DNA of 32,000 nt from Saccharolobus solfataricus. GTDB lineage: Archaea > Thermoproteota > Thermoprotei_A > Sulfolobales > Sulfolobaceae. This document shows positions 16,426 through 24,514 of the stretch, one piece after another. The DNA lies in the NCBI RefSeq assembly GCF_900079115.1, contig NZ_LT549890.1, forward strand, positions 2,850,001 through 2,882,000. Reading direction: 5' to 3'. Within the stretch, counting starts at the first letter, position 1, and every line of letters starts with the position of its first letter. A model generated the notes under the pieces. The model was not told the origin of the DNA. It worked only from the letters and a program-made list of their open reading frames with translations, and did not search any database. Both the position numbers and the translations under genes were made by a program.

Positions 16426-17541
16426 ATGACCACAATTAGAGTAGAAAATTTATCCAAAATATTCAAAAAAGGTAAAACGGAAGTAAAAGCAGTTGATAAT
16501 GTCTCAATAACAATAGGCTCAGGGATGGCTTTTGGTGTTTTGGGACCGAGCGGTCATGGAAAGACCACATTTTTAAGGTTGATAGCGGGATTAGAAGAAC
16601 CTACCAGTGGATATATATATTTCGATAATGAGGTAGTATCATCACCACGTAGGGTTGTAATGAGTCCGGAGAAGAGAGGTATTGCGATGGTGTTTCAGAA
16701 TTGGGCTTTATATCCCAACATGACTGTTTTCGATAATATCGCCTTTCCATTAAAGCTAGCCAAGGTACCTAAAGATAAGATAGAAAAGAAGGTTAGGGAA
16801 GTTTCTGAAGAATTAGGCTTATCAGGTGTTTTAAATAGATACCCTAAGGAACTTTCTGGAGGTCAAATGCAAAGAACAGCAATAGCTAGAGCGTTAGTAA
16901 AGGACCCTAAGGTTCTTCTATTAGACGAGCCATTCAGTAATCTGGATGCACAGATTAGGGAAAGTGCTAGAGCTCTAGTAAGGAAGATACAAAGAGAGAG
17001 AAAGTTAACTACACTAATAGTATCCCATGATCCAGCAGACATATTTGCAATAGCAAATAAGGCTGGAGTTATTGTTCATGGAAAATTCGCTCAAATAGGT
17101 AGTCCGACTGAAATATATGAGTATCCTGCAACAGATCTAATAGCTAGACTAACCGGTGAAATAAACTTGCTACAAGCAAAGGTGATGGAAAATAATGCGA
17201 CGTTAGGTAACCTAAAAATACCTCTAAATAATGTGGAACTAAAAGGAATGAACAATATAATTATAGGAATAAGGCCAGATGATTTAACACTTTCTGACAC
17301 TTCACTAGATAAATATATAGACGCGGGTATTGTAAAAGTAAAGTTAGTAAGCTATGGTGCTGGTATATTTAAGATAGTAGTATCTCCAATTACTGACGAA
17401 AATATAGATATAATAGTGGATGCAGAAGAACCATTAGAGACTGGAATTGAAACTCATCTATTAATTAAATCAGGTAAAGTAAAGATATTCGATATAAATG
17501 GGAGTAATTTGCTTACGGGTAAAACGCAAATCATAAAGTAG
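16426..17541 (+). CDS. araV: sugar ABC transporter ATP-binding protein (MalK-type, with C-terminal regulatory domain)
   Basis: 371 aa. Walker A GPSGHGKTT, signature LSGGQMQR, Walker B VLLLDEPFSNLD, H-loop VSHD. A roughly 130-aa MalK-like C-terminal beta domain follows. Confidence 0.9.
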   Translation: MTTIRVENLSKIFKKGKTEVKAVDNVSITIGSGMAFGVLGPSGHGKTTFLRLIAGLEEPTSGYIYFDNEVVSSPRRVVMSPEKRGIAMVFQNWALYPNMTVFDNIAFPLKLAKVPKDKIEKKVREVSEELGLSGVLNRYPKELSGGQMQRTAIARALVKDPKVLLLDEPFSNLDAQIRESARALVRKIQRERKLTTLIVSHDPADIFAIANKAGVIVHGKFAQIGSPTEIYEYPATDLIARLTGEINLLQAKVMENNATLGNLKIPLNNVELKGMNNIIIGIRPDDLTLSDTSLDKYIDAGIVKVKLVSYGAGIFKIVVSPITDENIDIIVDAEEPLETGIETHLLIKSGKVKIFDINGSNLLTGKTQIIK

Positions 17542-17604
17542 CTAGGGTATTTTTCCACGTATTAAAATATTATACTTATTTCTACTATTATTTTACCCTA
17601 TAGT

Positions 17605-17637
17605 TATGTTAACAGATTAGCGAAAACGTTATTATAA
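17605..17637 (+). promoter_or_regulatory. candidate promoter of the cyclase-family gene, with an araS-like upstream motif
   Basis: TATGTTAACA at 17605-17614 is identical to 12674-12683 upstream of araS. It lies 14 bp upstream of the TATA-like TTATTATAA (17629-17637). The TATA centre is about 27 bp before ATG 17660, which suggests a leaderless mRNA. Confidence 0.4.
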
Positions 17638-17659
17638 TGGTAGTAGCTTATTCTTCACT

Positions 17660-18391
17660 ATGATTAAGGAGTTATTCGATCAAATGTCAAAGGGTAACTT
17701 ATTATTAATAGATATGAGTTACGAAATGTTTAATGGGATGCAGACCTATATTGGAGATCCACCATTTAAACATGAATACTTTAGGAAAGGTAATAAGTAC
17801 GGCGAAGTCACACTTTCAACATTGTACATGGGACTACATTCTGGTACCCATATAGACCTTCCTTTACATTTCGTACCTAATGGGGAAAGTGTTGAGAAAT
17901 TTAACATAATGCAATTTATAGGTTATGGAAACGTTTTAGACTTAAGCTATAAGAAGTTAGGAGAACCAATATCTAGCAACGATCTAAAGAAGTTTGATGA
18001 CAGGATAAAAGAGAATTACGTTGTAATGCTCTACACTGGTTTCTCAGCAATGAGGGGTAAAGAAGATTTCTTGTACAATTGGCCTTACCTTGATTCTAAT
18101 GGTGCTGATTATTTAGTGAGTAAGAAGATAAGGGCAGTGGGGATAGAAAGCATGAGTATTGCCGGTTGGGCAGGAAAGGAGTATCCTCCTAGAACAAACT
18201 GGGATGAGGTAGTATACGTACATCATAAGTTACTTAGTAACGGCATAATAGTATTGGAAAGTGTGAACAATATGAGGAAAGTGTTAGAAGAGTGTAAAAA
18301 TGGTGAGGCATTGTTCTTCTATGCACCTCTAAAAATTGTTGGCGCTGAGGGAGGGCCAATTAGGTTATTTGCTATTTGTGAGAAAAAGTGA
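17660..18391 (+). CDS. putative cyclase / arylformamidase-family metal hydrolase
   Basis: 243 aa with the family signature HxGTHxDxPxH (LHSGTHIDLPLHF). Confidence 0.8.
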   Translation: MIKELFDQMSKGNLLLIDMSYEMFNGMQTYIGDPPFKHEYFRKGNKYGEVTLSTLYMGLHSGTHIDLPLHFVPNGESVEKFNIMQFIGYGNVLDLSYKKLGEPISSNDLKKFDDRIKENYVVMLYTGFSAMRGKEDFLYNWPYLDSNGADYLVSKKIRAVGIESMSIAGWAGKEYPPRTNWDEVVYVHHKLLSNGIIVLESVNNMRKVLEECKNGEALFFYAPLKIVGAEGGPIRLFAICEKK

Positions 18392-19273
18392 AAGATCTTT
18401 AATTCTCTCCCGTATCTTATTTTCTTCTTCGCATATTGTTAAAGGTGGCCTTACTACATTTTTTATAGGCATGTTTAATACCTTTAACAGTAGTTTTATT
18501 GACGCGGTGTATGAGTTACAGTAGTCGTAAATGTCAGTTATATTTAACACGTCAACCCAGTATTTGTTAGCGTCCGAAAGATTACCGTTTTTCCAACTTT
18601 CGTATACCTTCAAATGGAGCTTCGGTATAGCGTTGGCTAGTCCCATTACCCCACCGTTACCACCCATGTATAGAAGTGGTAATAGGTACTCGTCAAATCC
18701 CGTAAGTATGGAAAAATCCTTTCTAATTTCCCTTATTTCGCTAATCAACTGCTTGAAGAAAATTAGGCTGTCTAAGGTTACTTTAGTTCCAATTATGTTA
18801 GAGTATTGAGATACTAATGTCTTGTAAACGAAGATTGGTATATTAATTCCAGTGAAGAGGGGTATATTATATATTATAAGGGGAATGTCTACTTTCTCAG
18901 CGATCATGGAAAAGTGGTTTAATAACTCTTTTTCTCTTACTTTAAAGAAATATGGGGCCATAACTACTATAGCGTCAACTCCCATATCCTTAAAATCCTT
19001 AGCTAACTTTATGGTTTCCTCTGTGAAGTTGGTAGAAGCTCCAGCGAAAATTAGCGTATTATCGCTTCTTCTAGAATCTAAGGCTATCTTCGCCACGAGT
19101 TTCATTTCATCTAAAGTTAAGCTAGCGAACTCACCCACACTTGAATTTACAAATATTCCATTAACCCCATTTTCACTTAAGTAGGATACTAGCCATTTAA
19201 GACCTTCTTTATCTATTGAGTAGTCCTCTAAAAATGGTGTAATTAATGGAACTACTACACCTTCTAATCTCAT
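18365..19273 (-). CDS. DHDPS/NAL-family class I aldolase (DapA-like or 2-keto-3-deoxy-sugar-acid aldolase-like)
   Basis: 302 aa. The N-terminal ..VVPLITPF.. and the ..YNIP.. tyrosine motif are present. The Schiff-base lysine context is ..IIGTKVTLDS... Confidence 0.85.
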   Translation of the reverse strand: MRLEGVVVPLITPFLEDYSIDKEGLKWLVSYLSENGVNGIFVNSSVGEFASLTLDEMKLVAKIALDSRRSDNTLIFAGASTNFTEETIKLAKDFKDMGVDAIVVMAPYFFKVREKELLNHFSMIAEKVDIPLIIYNIPLFTGINIPIFVYKTLVSQYSNIIGTKVTLDSLIFFKQLISEIREIRKDFSILTGFDEYLLPLLYMGGNGGVMGLANAIPKLHLKVYESWKNGNLSDANKYWVDVLNITDIYDYCNSYTASIKLLLKVLNMPIKNVVRPPLTICEEENKIRERIKDLSLFLTNSK

Positions 19274-19310
19274 AAATAAATAAACACTACATGGTTTTTT
19301 AATATTTTGA

Positions 19311-20072
19311 TTAGAAAGTCGTTCCTCCTAATATATCCAGCAAGACTTCAAGTCCGTAAGTAGTAGCTATGCCAATAAATAGCCAAGTCCAGAACCTGGC
19401 CTTAAATCCACCTAGTAATGATGCGGCATTTATGTTAATTCTTATCATAACGAATACTAGGGAAGCTGAAGCAACTACGTTAAGAAATGCTAGGAATATC
19501 TCGTTTGAAATTCCAAGATAATATATTGAAGCCCCAAGGGTAGTAGGTAGACCAGCTAGTAGGGATAATGGTATCAGAAACTTTAATCCCATGGTTCTTT
19601 TGGACATCATTGCTGGTGACGATATGGCAAATCCCTCTGTCGCGTTATGGACTGCAAAGCCTATTGTAAAAGCCCAAGCTAAAGGAACTGATCCAGACAA
19701 TAATGCAGCGGCTATAGCAAATCCCTCCCCTATATTATGAAATCCTAGAGCGCTCGCCACAACAACTGGTAACCCTTCCCCACTTGGGCTTTTTTCGAGG
19801 AGACTTAAAAGTAACCATGTCCCTAATAGCCCTATTGAAGTTAAGATAAGGGCAATGGTGAAATCTGGGTAATCTTTAGCTGATAAGAAATTTGTAACTA
19901 TTTCTTCAGCTCCCGAACCAGTATCTAATGCTAAATACGAGAGTATTCCTCCAGTAAATGCTCCCAGATATCCAATTGTTGTTTTGCTGAATTTCCCTTT
20001 GGATATTATTATTGCACCTATAGCTACCGTACCTCCCGCTATTAGACCTAAAAGGATCGGGAAGTAATTCAT
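19311..20072 (-). CDS. ZIP-family divalent metal transporter (ZupT-like)
   Basis: 253 aa, about 8 TM, with the paired ZIP motifs HNIGEGFAIAAA and HNATEGFAISSP. Confidence 0.85.
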   Translation of the reverse strand: MNYFPILLGLIAGGTVAIGAIIISKGKFSKTTIGYLGAFTGGILSYLALDTGSGAEEIVTNFLSAKDYPDFTIALILTSIGLLGTWLLLSLLEKSPSGEGLPVVVASALGFHNIGEGFAIAAALLSGSVPLAWAFTIGFAVHNATEGFAISSPAMMSKRTMGLKFLIPLSLLAGLPTTLGASIYYLGISNEIFLAFLNVVASASLVFVMIRININAASLLGGFKARFWTWLFIGIATTYGLEVLLDILGGTTF

Positions 20073-20150
20073 TTCTTTTCGCCATGTCGTAATTGTATAA
20101 AGAAACTTATAAGCTTATCTATTATATCAATTATACAGGTTAAAATAGAG

Positions 20151-20465
20151 GTGAACTCACCCCGCCCTTAGGACGGGGCATCTCCACCTCGCGGTGAAGA
20201 TTTCCTGCTTCTCAGATTAACCTCGATCCCCATAGCGGAGGTTCCAACGAACTGTTCTGTAATGCCCCGTGTGGAAGAGAGGTTACGGAGGGTTTTCTCT
20301 CCACAGGCTTAAGATCCCCCAGTCCCGATGGTACCGACCCAGCTCTTTCAGCCGAGGTCTAAGAAAATTTTGACATATAACTTTAAAAAACGTTTCTATA
20401 AGGGGGCTATCCATCCCTCACAGAAGGGGACTTTCGCCCCCTTAACCCCCGTTAGAGTTAAAGAA
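20151..20465 (+). mobile_element. GC-rich ~315-bp non-coding element (locus A); probable TnpB-less IS200/IS605-derived element
   Basis: It is homologous end to end with 27291-27612 on the opposite strand. Frame-shifted translation gives ..DFLLLRLTSIPIAEVPTNCSV../..CNAPCGR.., resembling a degraded tnpB 3' end. It ends in a conserved hairpin module: GGGGGCTATCCATCCCTCACAGAAGGGGACTTTCGCCCCCTTAACCCCCG. Confidence 0.5.
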
Positions 20466-20607
20466 TTTCGTAAAAACTTGTGAGGTAATATATCAACTAT
20501 TTACTACCTTTATTGCTAATTTGAAATACTTTATTAGTTTAAGGCTATAGATATGAGCACCATACATCATGCATTATTTTTAAGAAAAATTACTAAGTAT
20601 AAACTCA

Positions 20608-21369
20608 CTACTCTATTATCTTCTTAAACCTTATAGATGCTAAGATATACATCGTTATATTAAATATTAAAATGGCTAAAACATCACCTACTATACTATC
20701 CATGTTACCGGTTATCATTAACCGTCTGCAAATATCTATAATATAAGTTAATGGATTACCTAAGGCGATGTATTGGAGTACTTTTGGCATTAGTTCTATG
20801 GGATATAGCCCGCTACTTGCAAAGAATAAGGGCATGGTAATTGCTTGTCCTATTCCCATAAACCTCTCTCTGGTTTTCATGAAAGAGGCTATTACGACTG
20901 ATAGTGAGGCAAAGCCACTAGACATGAAAAATATAATCAAAGAGGCAATAAGAAAGTAAAATACATTGTAGAATTTAACGCCGAGTAGGAGCGCTATTGT
21001 TGTTATAATTATTATTTGAAATAGGCTTCTTATTCCAGACGCTAAAGATCTACCTACGACTATAGAATACCTAGGCAATGGAGTAGTTATTAACTTTTTC
21101 AATATTCCAGATTCCCTCTCCCAAACCAAGGTTAAACCGTAAAATATCGAGATGAATGTCGAGGATTGAATAATTATTGCAGGAGTTATGTAATCAATAT
21201 AGGGTATACCACCCGTTGGTATTGCTCTAATTCTACCTATCACTGTACCGTAAAGTACTAACCACAATATTGGTTGTATTGCTCTAGTATATAGCTCAGT
21301 TCGATCGTTCTTTATTTTCCTTAATTCCAGCTCAAGCATTGTAGTTATATACTCTAGTACGTTAACCAA
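20608..21369 (-). CDS. ABC-2-type exporter permease
   Basis: 253-aa, 6-TM ORF starting 3 nt downstream of its ATPase gene, with the typical ABC-2 topology. Confidence 0.85.
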   Translation of the reverse strand: MVNVLEYITTMLELELRKIKNDRTELYTRAIQPILWLVLYGTVIGRIRAIPTGGIPYIDYITPAIIIQSSTFISIFYGLTLVWERESGILKKLITTPLPRYSIVVGRSLASGIRSLFQIIIITTIALLLGVKFYNVFYFLIASLIIFFMSSGFASLSVVIASFMKTRERFMGIGQAITMPLFFASSGLYPIELMPKVLQYIALGNPLTYIIDICRRLMITGNMDSIVGDVLAILIFNITMYILASIRFKKIIE

Positions 21370-21372
21370 TTT

Positions 21373-22374
21373 TTATCCACCTCCAATCCTACTTCTTACT
21401 TGTCTCACCTCACTAGTTCTTCCCCTTACTTCTATGCTACTCCCCACGTACTTTATGAATACGTCATCCAGAGTTATTTCTCTTACCTCTATCCTTCTAT
21501 ACTTTACACCATTGCCCCTAATGAAATCTATGAGATTTGGTAAAACAGTGTCAATATCCTTAACTACAACACTAACTTGGTTATTTTTAATTATAACATC
21601 TTCAACGTCAGATATGGACTTTATTTTGTTTAAAATTTCTAAATTTACTCCTTCAACTTCGAAAGAGATTATCACATTACCAATACTCCTCTTAAGCTCC
21701 TCAGAAGTTCCGGTCTTAACTACTTTGCCGTTATCAATCAGTGCTATCCTATCAGAGTATATATCAGCCTCATCCATATAATGTGTGGTAAAAAATATAG
21801 TCATTTCATGTTCCTCCTTAAACTTTCTCAACTCTTCCCATACGGTTTTCCTAGCAACAGGATCTAATCCTATCGTCGGCTCGTCTAAAAATAAGATCTT
21901 GGGCATAGTTAAAAGAGCACAAGCTATTTCTAATCTCCTTATCATCCCTCCAGAAAAGGTCTTTACTAAATCTTTTCTGACCTCATATAAGCCTAACCTA
22001 TCTAGGATGTATTCTATTTTCTCTTTCCTTTCAGAAGATGGTATACCGTAAATTTTACTGTAGATTAGCAAATTGTCATATGCTGTGAGGTCAGTCCAAA
22101 CACTTATCTCTTGAGGGACATATCCTATTATTTTTCTAACCTTGTCTGCCTCATCAGTTACACTATAGCCCCCGACATAAGCTGAACCGCCACTGGATGG
22201 TATTTGAGTTGTTAATATTCTAATTAAGGTAGTCTTTCCGGCTCCATTAGGACCTAGAAGGGCAAAGGCACTACCCCACTCAACTTCTAAGTCAATACCA
22301 TTAAGGGCCTTTACTTTATCATTATATATTTTAACTAGACCTTTTACGTAAATGGCTAGGTTGTTAAAAAACAC
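21373..22374 (-). CDS. ABC-2-type exporter ATP-binding protein (DrrA/CcmA-like)
   Basis: 333 aa. Walker A GPNGAGKTT, signature FSGGMIRR, Walker B ILFLDEPTIGLD. It has a C-terminal accessory domain. Confidence 0.9.
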   Translation of the reverse strand: MFFNNLAIYVKGLVKIYNDKVKALNGIDLEVEWGSAFALLGPNGAGKTTLIRILTTQIPSSGGSAYVGGYSVTDEADKVRKIIGYVPQEISVWTDLTAYDNLLIYSKIYGIPSSERKEKIEYILDRLGLYEVRKDLVKTFSGGMIRRLEIACALLTMPKILFLDEPTIGLDPVARKTVWEELRKFKEEHEMTIFFTTHYMDEADIYSDRIALIDNGKVVKTGTSEELKRSIGNVIISFEVEGVNLEILNKIKSISDVEDVIIKNNQVSVVVKDIDTVLPNLIDFIRGNGVKYRRIEVREITLDDVFIKYVGSSIEVRGRTSEVRQVRSRIGGG

Positions 22375-22766
22375 AAGATATCGTAACCGAAATAAATTTT
22401 AAAGTTAACTGAAAGACTAAAGAAAATTCGCCCCTTTAGATAAGCGAGTTAACTTACTGATAATATTTATAAAAGATCGAAAGCCTAGCTCTTTGCGGTA
22501 GATCCAAAATCATCCGTTGAAAATAACTCTACAGCATTATTAAGCGTTTCCCCCATTTCAATAGGATTATCTTCCGCTATGGACGATTCAGTTCTCCTTT
22601 GCGGATTATAATTTGTAAATAATGTGGTTGTAAAAATATCAACATTGGTAATCATATGTCCTCTATTAGTCGGTCATCTTCATTCAGTTAATTTCGTAGC
22701 AATTTTTGAAATAAAGTGAATTCATAATGGATAACTGAATCCCTCGAAGAGGGCAGATGAAATAGT

Positions 22767-23546
22767 TTATCGTCTGAATGCAAAATATATAGAAATCAAG
22801 GTTATTGTTCCTCCTACGATTTCTTGTATATCTGGTATTTGGTGAAATATAAGTATTGCTAATATTGTAGCGACAACTGGTTCAATCAATTCAGCAGAAG
22901 TAACTAAACTGATCGGTAACTTATTTGCAGTATATATGACTGAACCATGACCAATAAGAGTAGGAACTAGCACTAAACCTAGCACAGCTAATATTGATGT
23001 TAGGTTAATGTCACCTAAACCATAAAATGGAAGGACTGGGATCATGAAAATAGAGGATATTAAATAAATAATAGGTATGGTTGAAAGAAAATCATAATTT
23101 AGTCTAGAAAGAAGATATGTATAGATGGCAAAGGAAATTGCGGATAGTATAGCAAGTATATTGCCAAAAATGTATCCGAATGAGGTATTAAAATTCATTA
23201 CAAATATCCCTAAGATTGCCATAATTATGAAGGGATCAATTTTCTTCTTGAATAACATTGCAAATATCGGGCTAGTAGAAACTAAAATAGTCGAAGAAGC
23301 TATTGTAGTTAGAAATACACTAGAAACAAAGAATAACATGTGAAGAGAAAGAAACAGAGATGGTAAGATAAATCGTTTTAAGAAGATTTTCCTTCTTCTC
23401 TTTAACACGAATGGAAGAAGAAGAATCCCTGCTATTAAAAATCTTAGAAAAGTTATAAAGGGAGGAGTTATACTACAAAATTTTACAAAGATTGCAGCTG
23501 TTCCAAAGGCTATACCTCCTAAAAATAAAATTATTTTATCTCTCAT
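22767..23546 (-). CDS. EamA/DMT-family transporter
   Basis: 259 aa, about 9-10 TM helices with the internal two-repeat organisation of DMT carriers. Confidence 0.75.
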   Translation of the reverse strand: MRDKIILFLGGIAFGTAAIFVKFCSITPPFITFLRFLIAGILLLPFVLKRRRKIFLKRFILPSLFLSLHMLFFVSSVFLTTIASSTILVSTSPIFAMLFKKKIDPFIIMAILGIFVMNFNTSFGYIFGNILAILSAISFAIYTYLLSRLNYDFLSTIPIIYLISSIFMIPVLPFYGLGDINLTSILAVLGLVLVPTLIGHGSVIYTANKLPISLVTSAELIEPVVATILAILIFHQIPDIQEIVGGTITLISIYFAFRR

Positions 23547-23850
23547 ATTGTGAAAATAATCGGTAGGATATTTAAGTATGCCTTTTCCATCATATTACCT
23601 CACGCTCGTCCCCTATTAGTCTTTGAAATGCAGAATCAATTATTCTAAACACTTCTACGGAAATGAATTAAAATTATTATGAATATATGAATTAATCTCA
23701 AAAAACCTTATCATAATTATATAAATCAAAATATCATGAAATTAAATGAAAAAGAAAATTTTAGATTTTATTAATCATAATCCAGTCAGAAGAGTAAGTT
23801 TTCCTTTTTGTGTAAGAAGGTTTTAATATAAGTCTGACTAAGGTATATTC

Positions 23851-23997
23851 ATGAAGACTAAAGTACGTGTTGGCAAAAAATTAACAATTCATATCCCTAA
23901 AGGTATTGCAGAGGAACTTAACATAAGAGAAGGGGATATATTGGGAGTGTTCTCATGCAGTCATCTTATTCGATATCATATAGTAAAATTAAATTAG
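23851..23997 (+). pseudogene. AbrB/SpoVT-type (VapB-like antitoxin) gene truncated by a MITE
   Basis: MKTKVRVGKKLTIHIPKGIAEELNIREGDIL is a typical swapped-hairpin AbrB N-terminus. From codon 32 the frame runs into MITE sequence and stops at 23995-23997. Confidence 0.55.
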
Positions 23998-24272
23998 GTT
24001 AGAAATTTTCATAATTAGTCGTTTCGATCTAGATGTAGCTAAGGAATTAGAACGTGAAAAACAGCCTCTGAAAAGGGTTTATGTGGGAGGGTTATGAAAT
24101 CTTTTTGTGGTAGTACTAGAATGAACCTCGTAAACTCTTGCACATAAGCTTTTCTAAAATAATGTCTCTGTTCAAATTTCTATATCTTAAACGTTAAATG
24201 AGCGTTTTCCCATATTACTCCAATATTTTTACAAACATTTTTTGAATTTCATGACTGTTTGAGAACACTGCC
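23943..24272 (+). mobile_element. 330-bp non-autonomous (MITE-like) deletion derivative of ISC1173
   Basis: The first ~210 bp are nearly identical by eye to the left end of the ISC1173 copy at 24515. It ends in a degenerate copy of the IR (..CATGACTGTTTGAGAACACTGCC) and has no transposase ORF. Confidence 0.75.
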
Positions 24273-24403
24273 AATTATAGTACTGCTTCTTAAGTAATAC
24301 ATAAATATTGAAGTATTTAGTAAGATTTTTACTTTAAATTTTAGCTAGTTGTCAGATAGTTATAAACTTTAATTGCTCAATTTTTATGATATTTCGAAGT
24401 GGA

Positions 24404-24455
24404 TTATTTCTGGAAATAGATTTTGGGTCTATCGTTCAGGGCGGGGAGAAGTCAG
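24404..24455 (+). repeat. decayed copy (locus D) of the IS200/IS605-type right-end module
   Basis: TTCTGGAAATAGATTTTGGGTCTATCGTTCAGGGCGGGGAGAAGTCAG aligns with the minus strand of 9427-9475 (..TCTGGAAGGGGAACCATCGCCCTTCCAGGGCGGTGAGAAAGTCAG). The last ~22 nt are nearly identical. Confidence 0.45.
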
Positions 24456-24506
24456 AATATAAGTTGGCGAATTGCTTTTCTTTATGGAGTTTTGATAAAG
24501 ATTGAT

Positions 24507-24514
24507 AATACGTG
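24507..24514. repeat. left copy of the 8-bp target-site duplication AATACGTG of ISC1173
   Basis: An identical octamer lies at 25688-25695, directly flanking the IRs. Confidence 0.85.

Noticed and set aside
20151-20465. Possible RNase P RNA or SRP RNA gene. On the minus strand, GCGAAAGTCC resembles CR-I GGAAAGUCC and ACAGAAC resembles CR-V. GAAGCAGGAA is reminiscent of SRP helix 8.
   Set aside because: There is no complementary P4 strand for the ACAGAAC segment. The 5' and 3' ends do not pair into P1 or helix 1. The CR-I-like sequence forms a local hairpin instead. A second, much-diverged copy exists in the same window, which is unexpected for a single-copy housekeeping RNA. This should still be excluded formally with Rfam covariance models.
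22485-22655. 56-aa minus-strand ORF (MITNVDIFTTTLFTNYNPQRRTESSIAEDNPIEMGETLNNAVELFSTDDFGSTAKS) in the 390-bp gap between the ABC-2 ATPase and EamA genes.
   Set aside because: It has no recognisable motif, no convincing TATA at the right distance and is below the usual length cut-off. It is kept only as a note, and ribosome profiling or proteomics would be needed to support it.
22741-22753. CCCTC-GAA-GAGGG hairpin just downstream of the EamA stop, considered as a terminator or as another member of the ATCCCTC module family.
   Set aside because: It has only a 5-bp stem and no flanking similarity to the module family. Archaeal termination relies mainly on oligo-T tracts.
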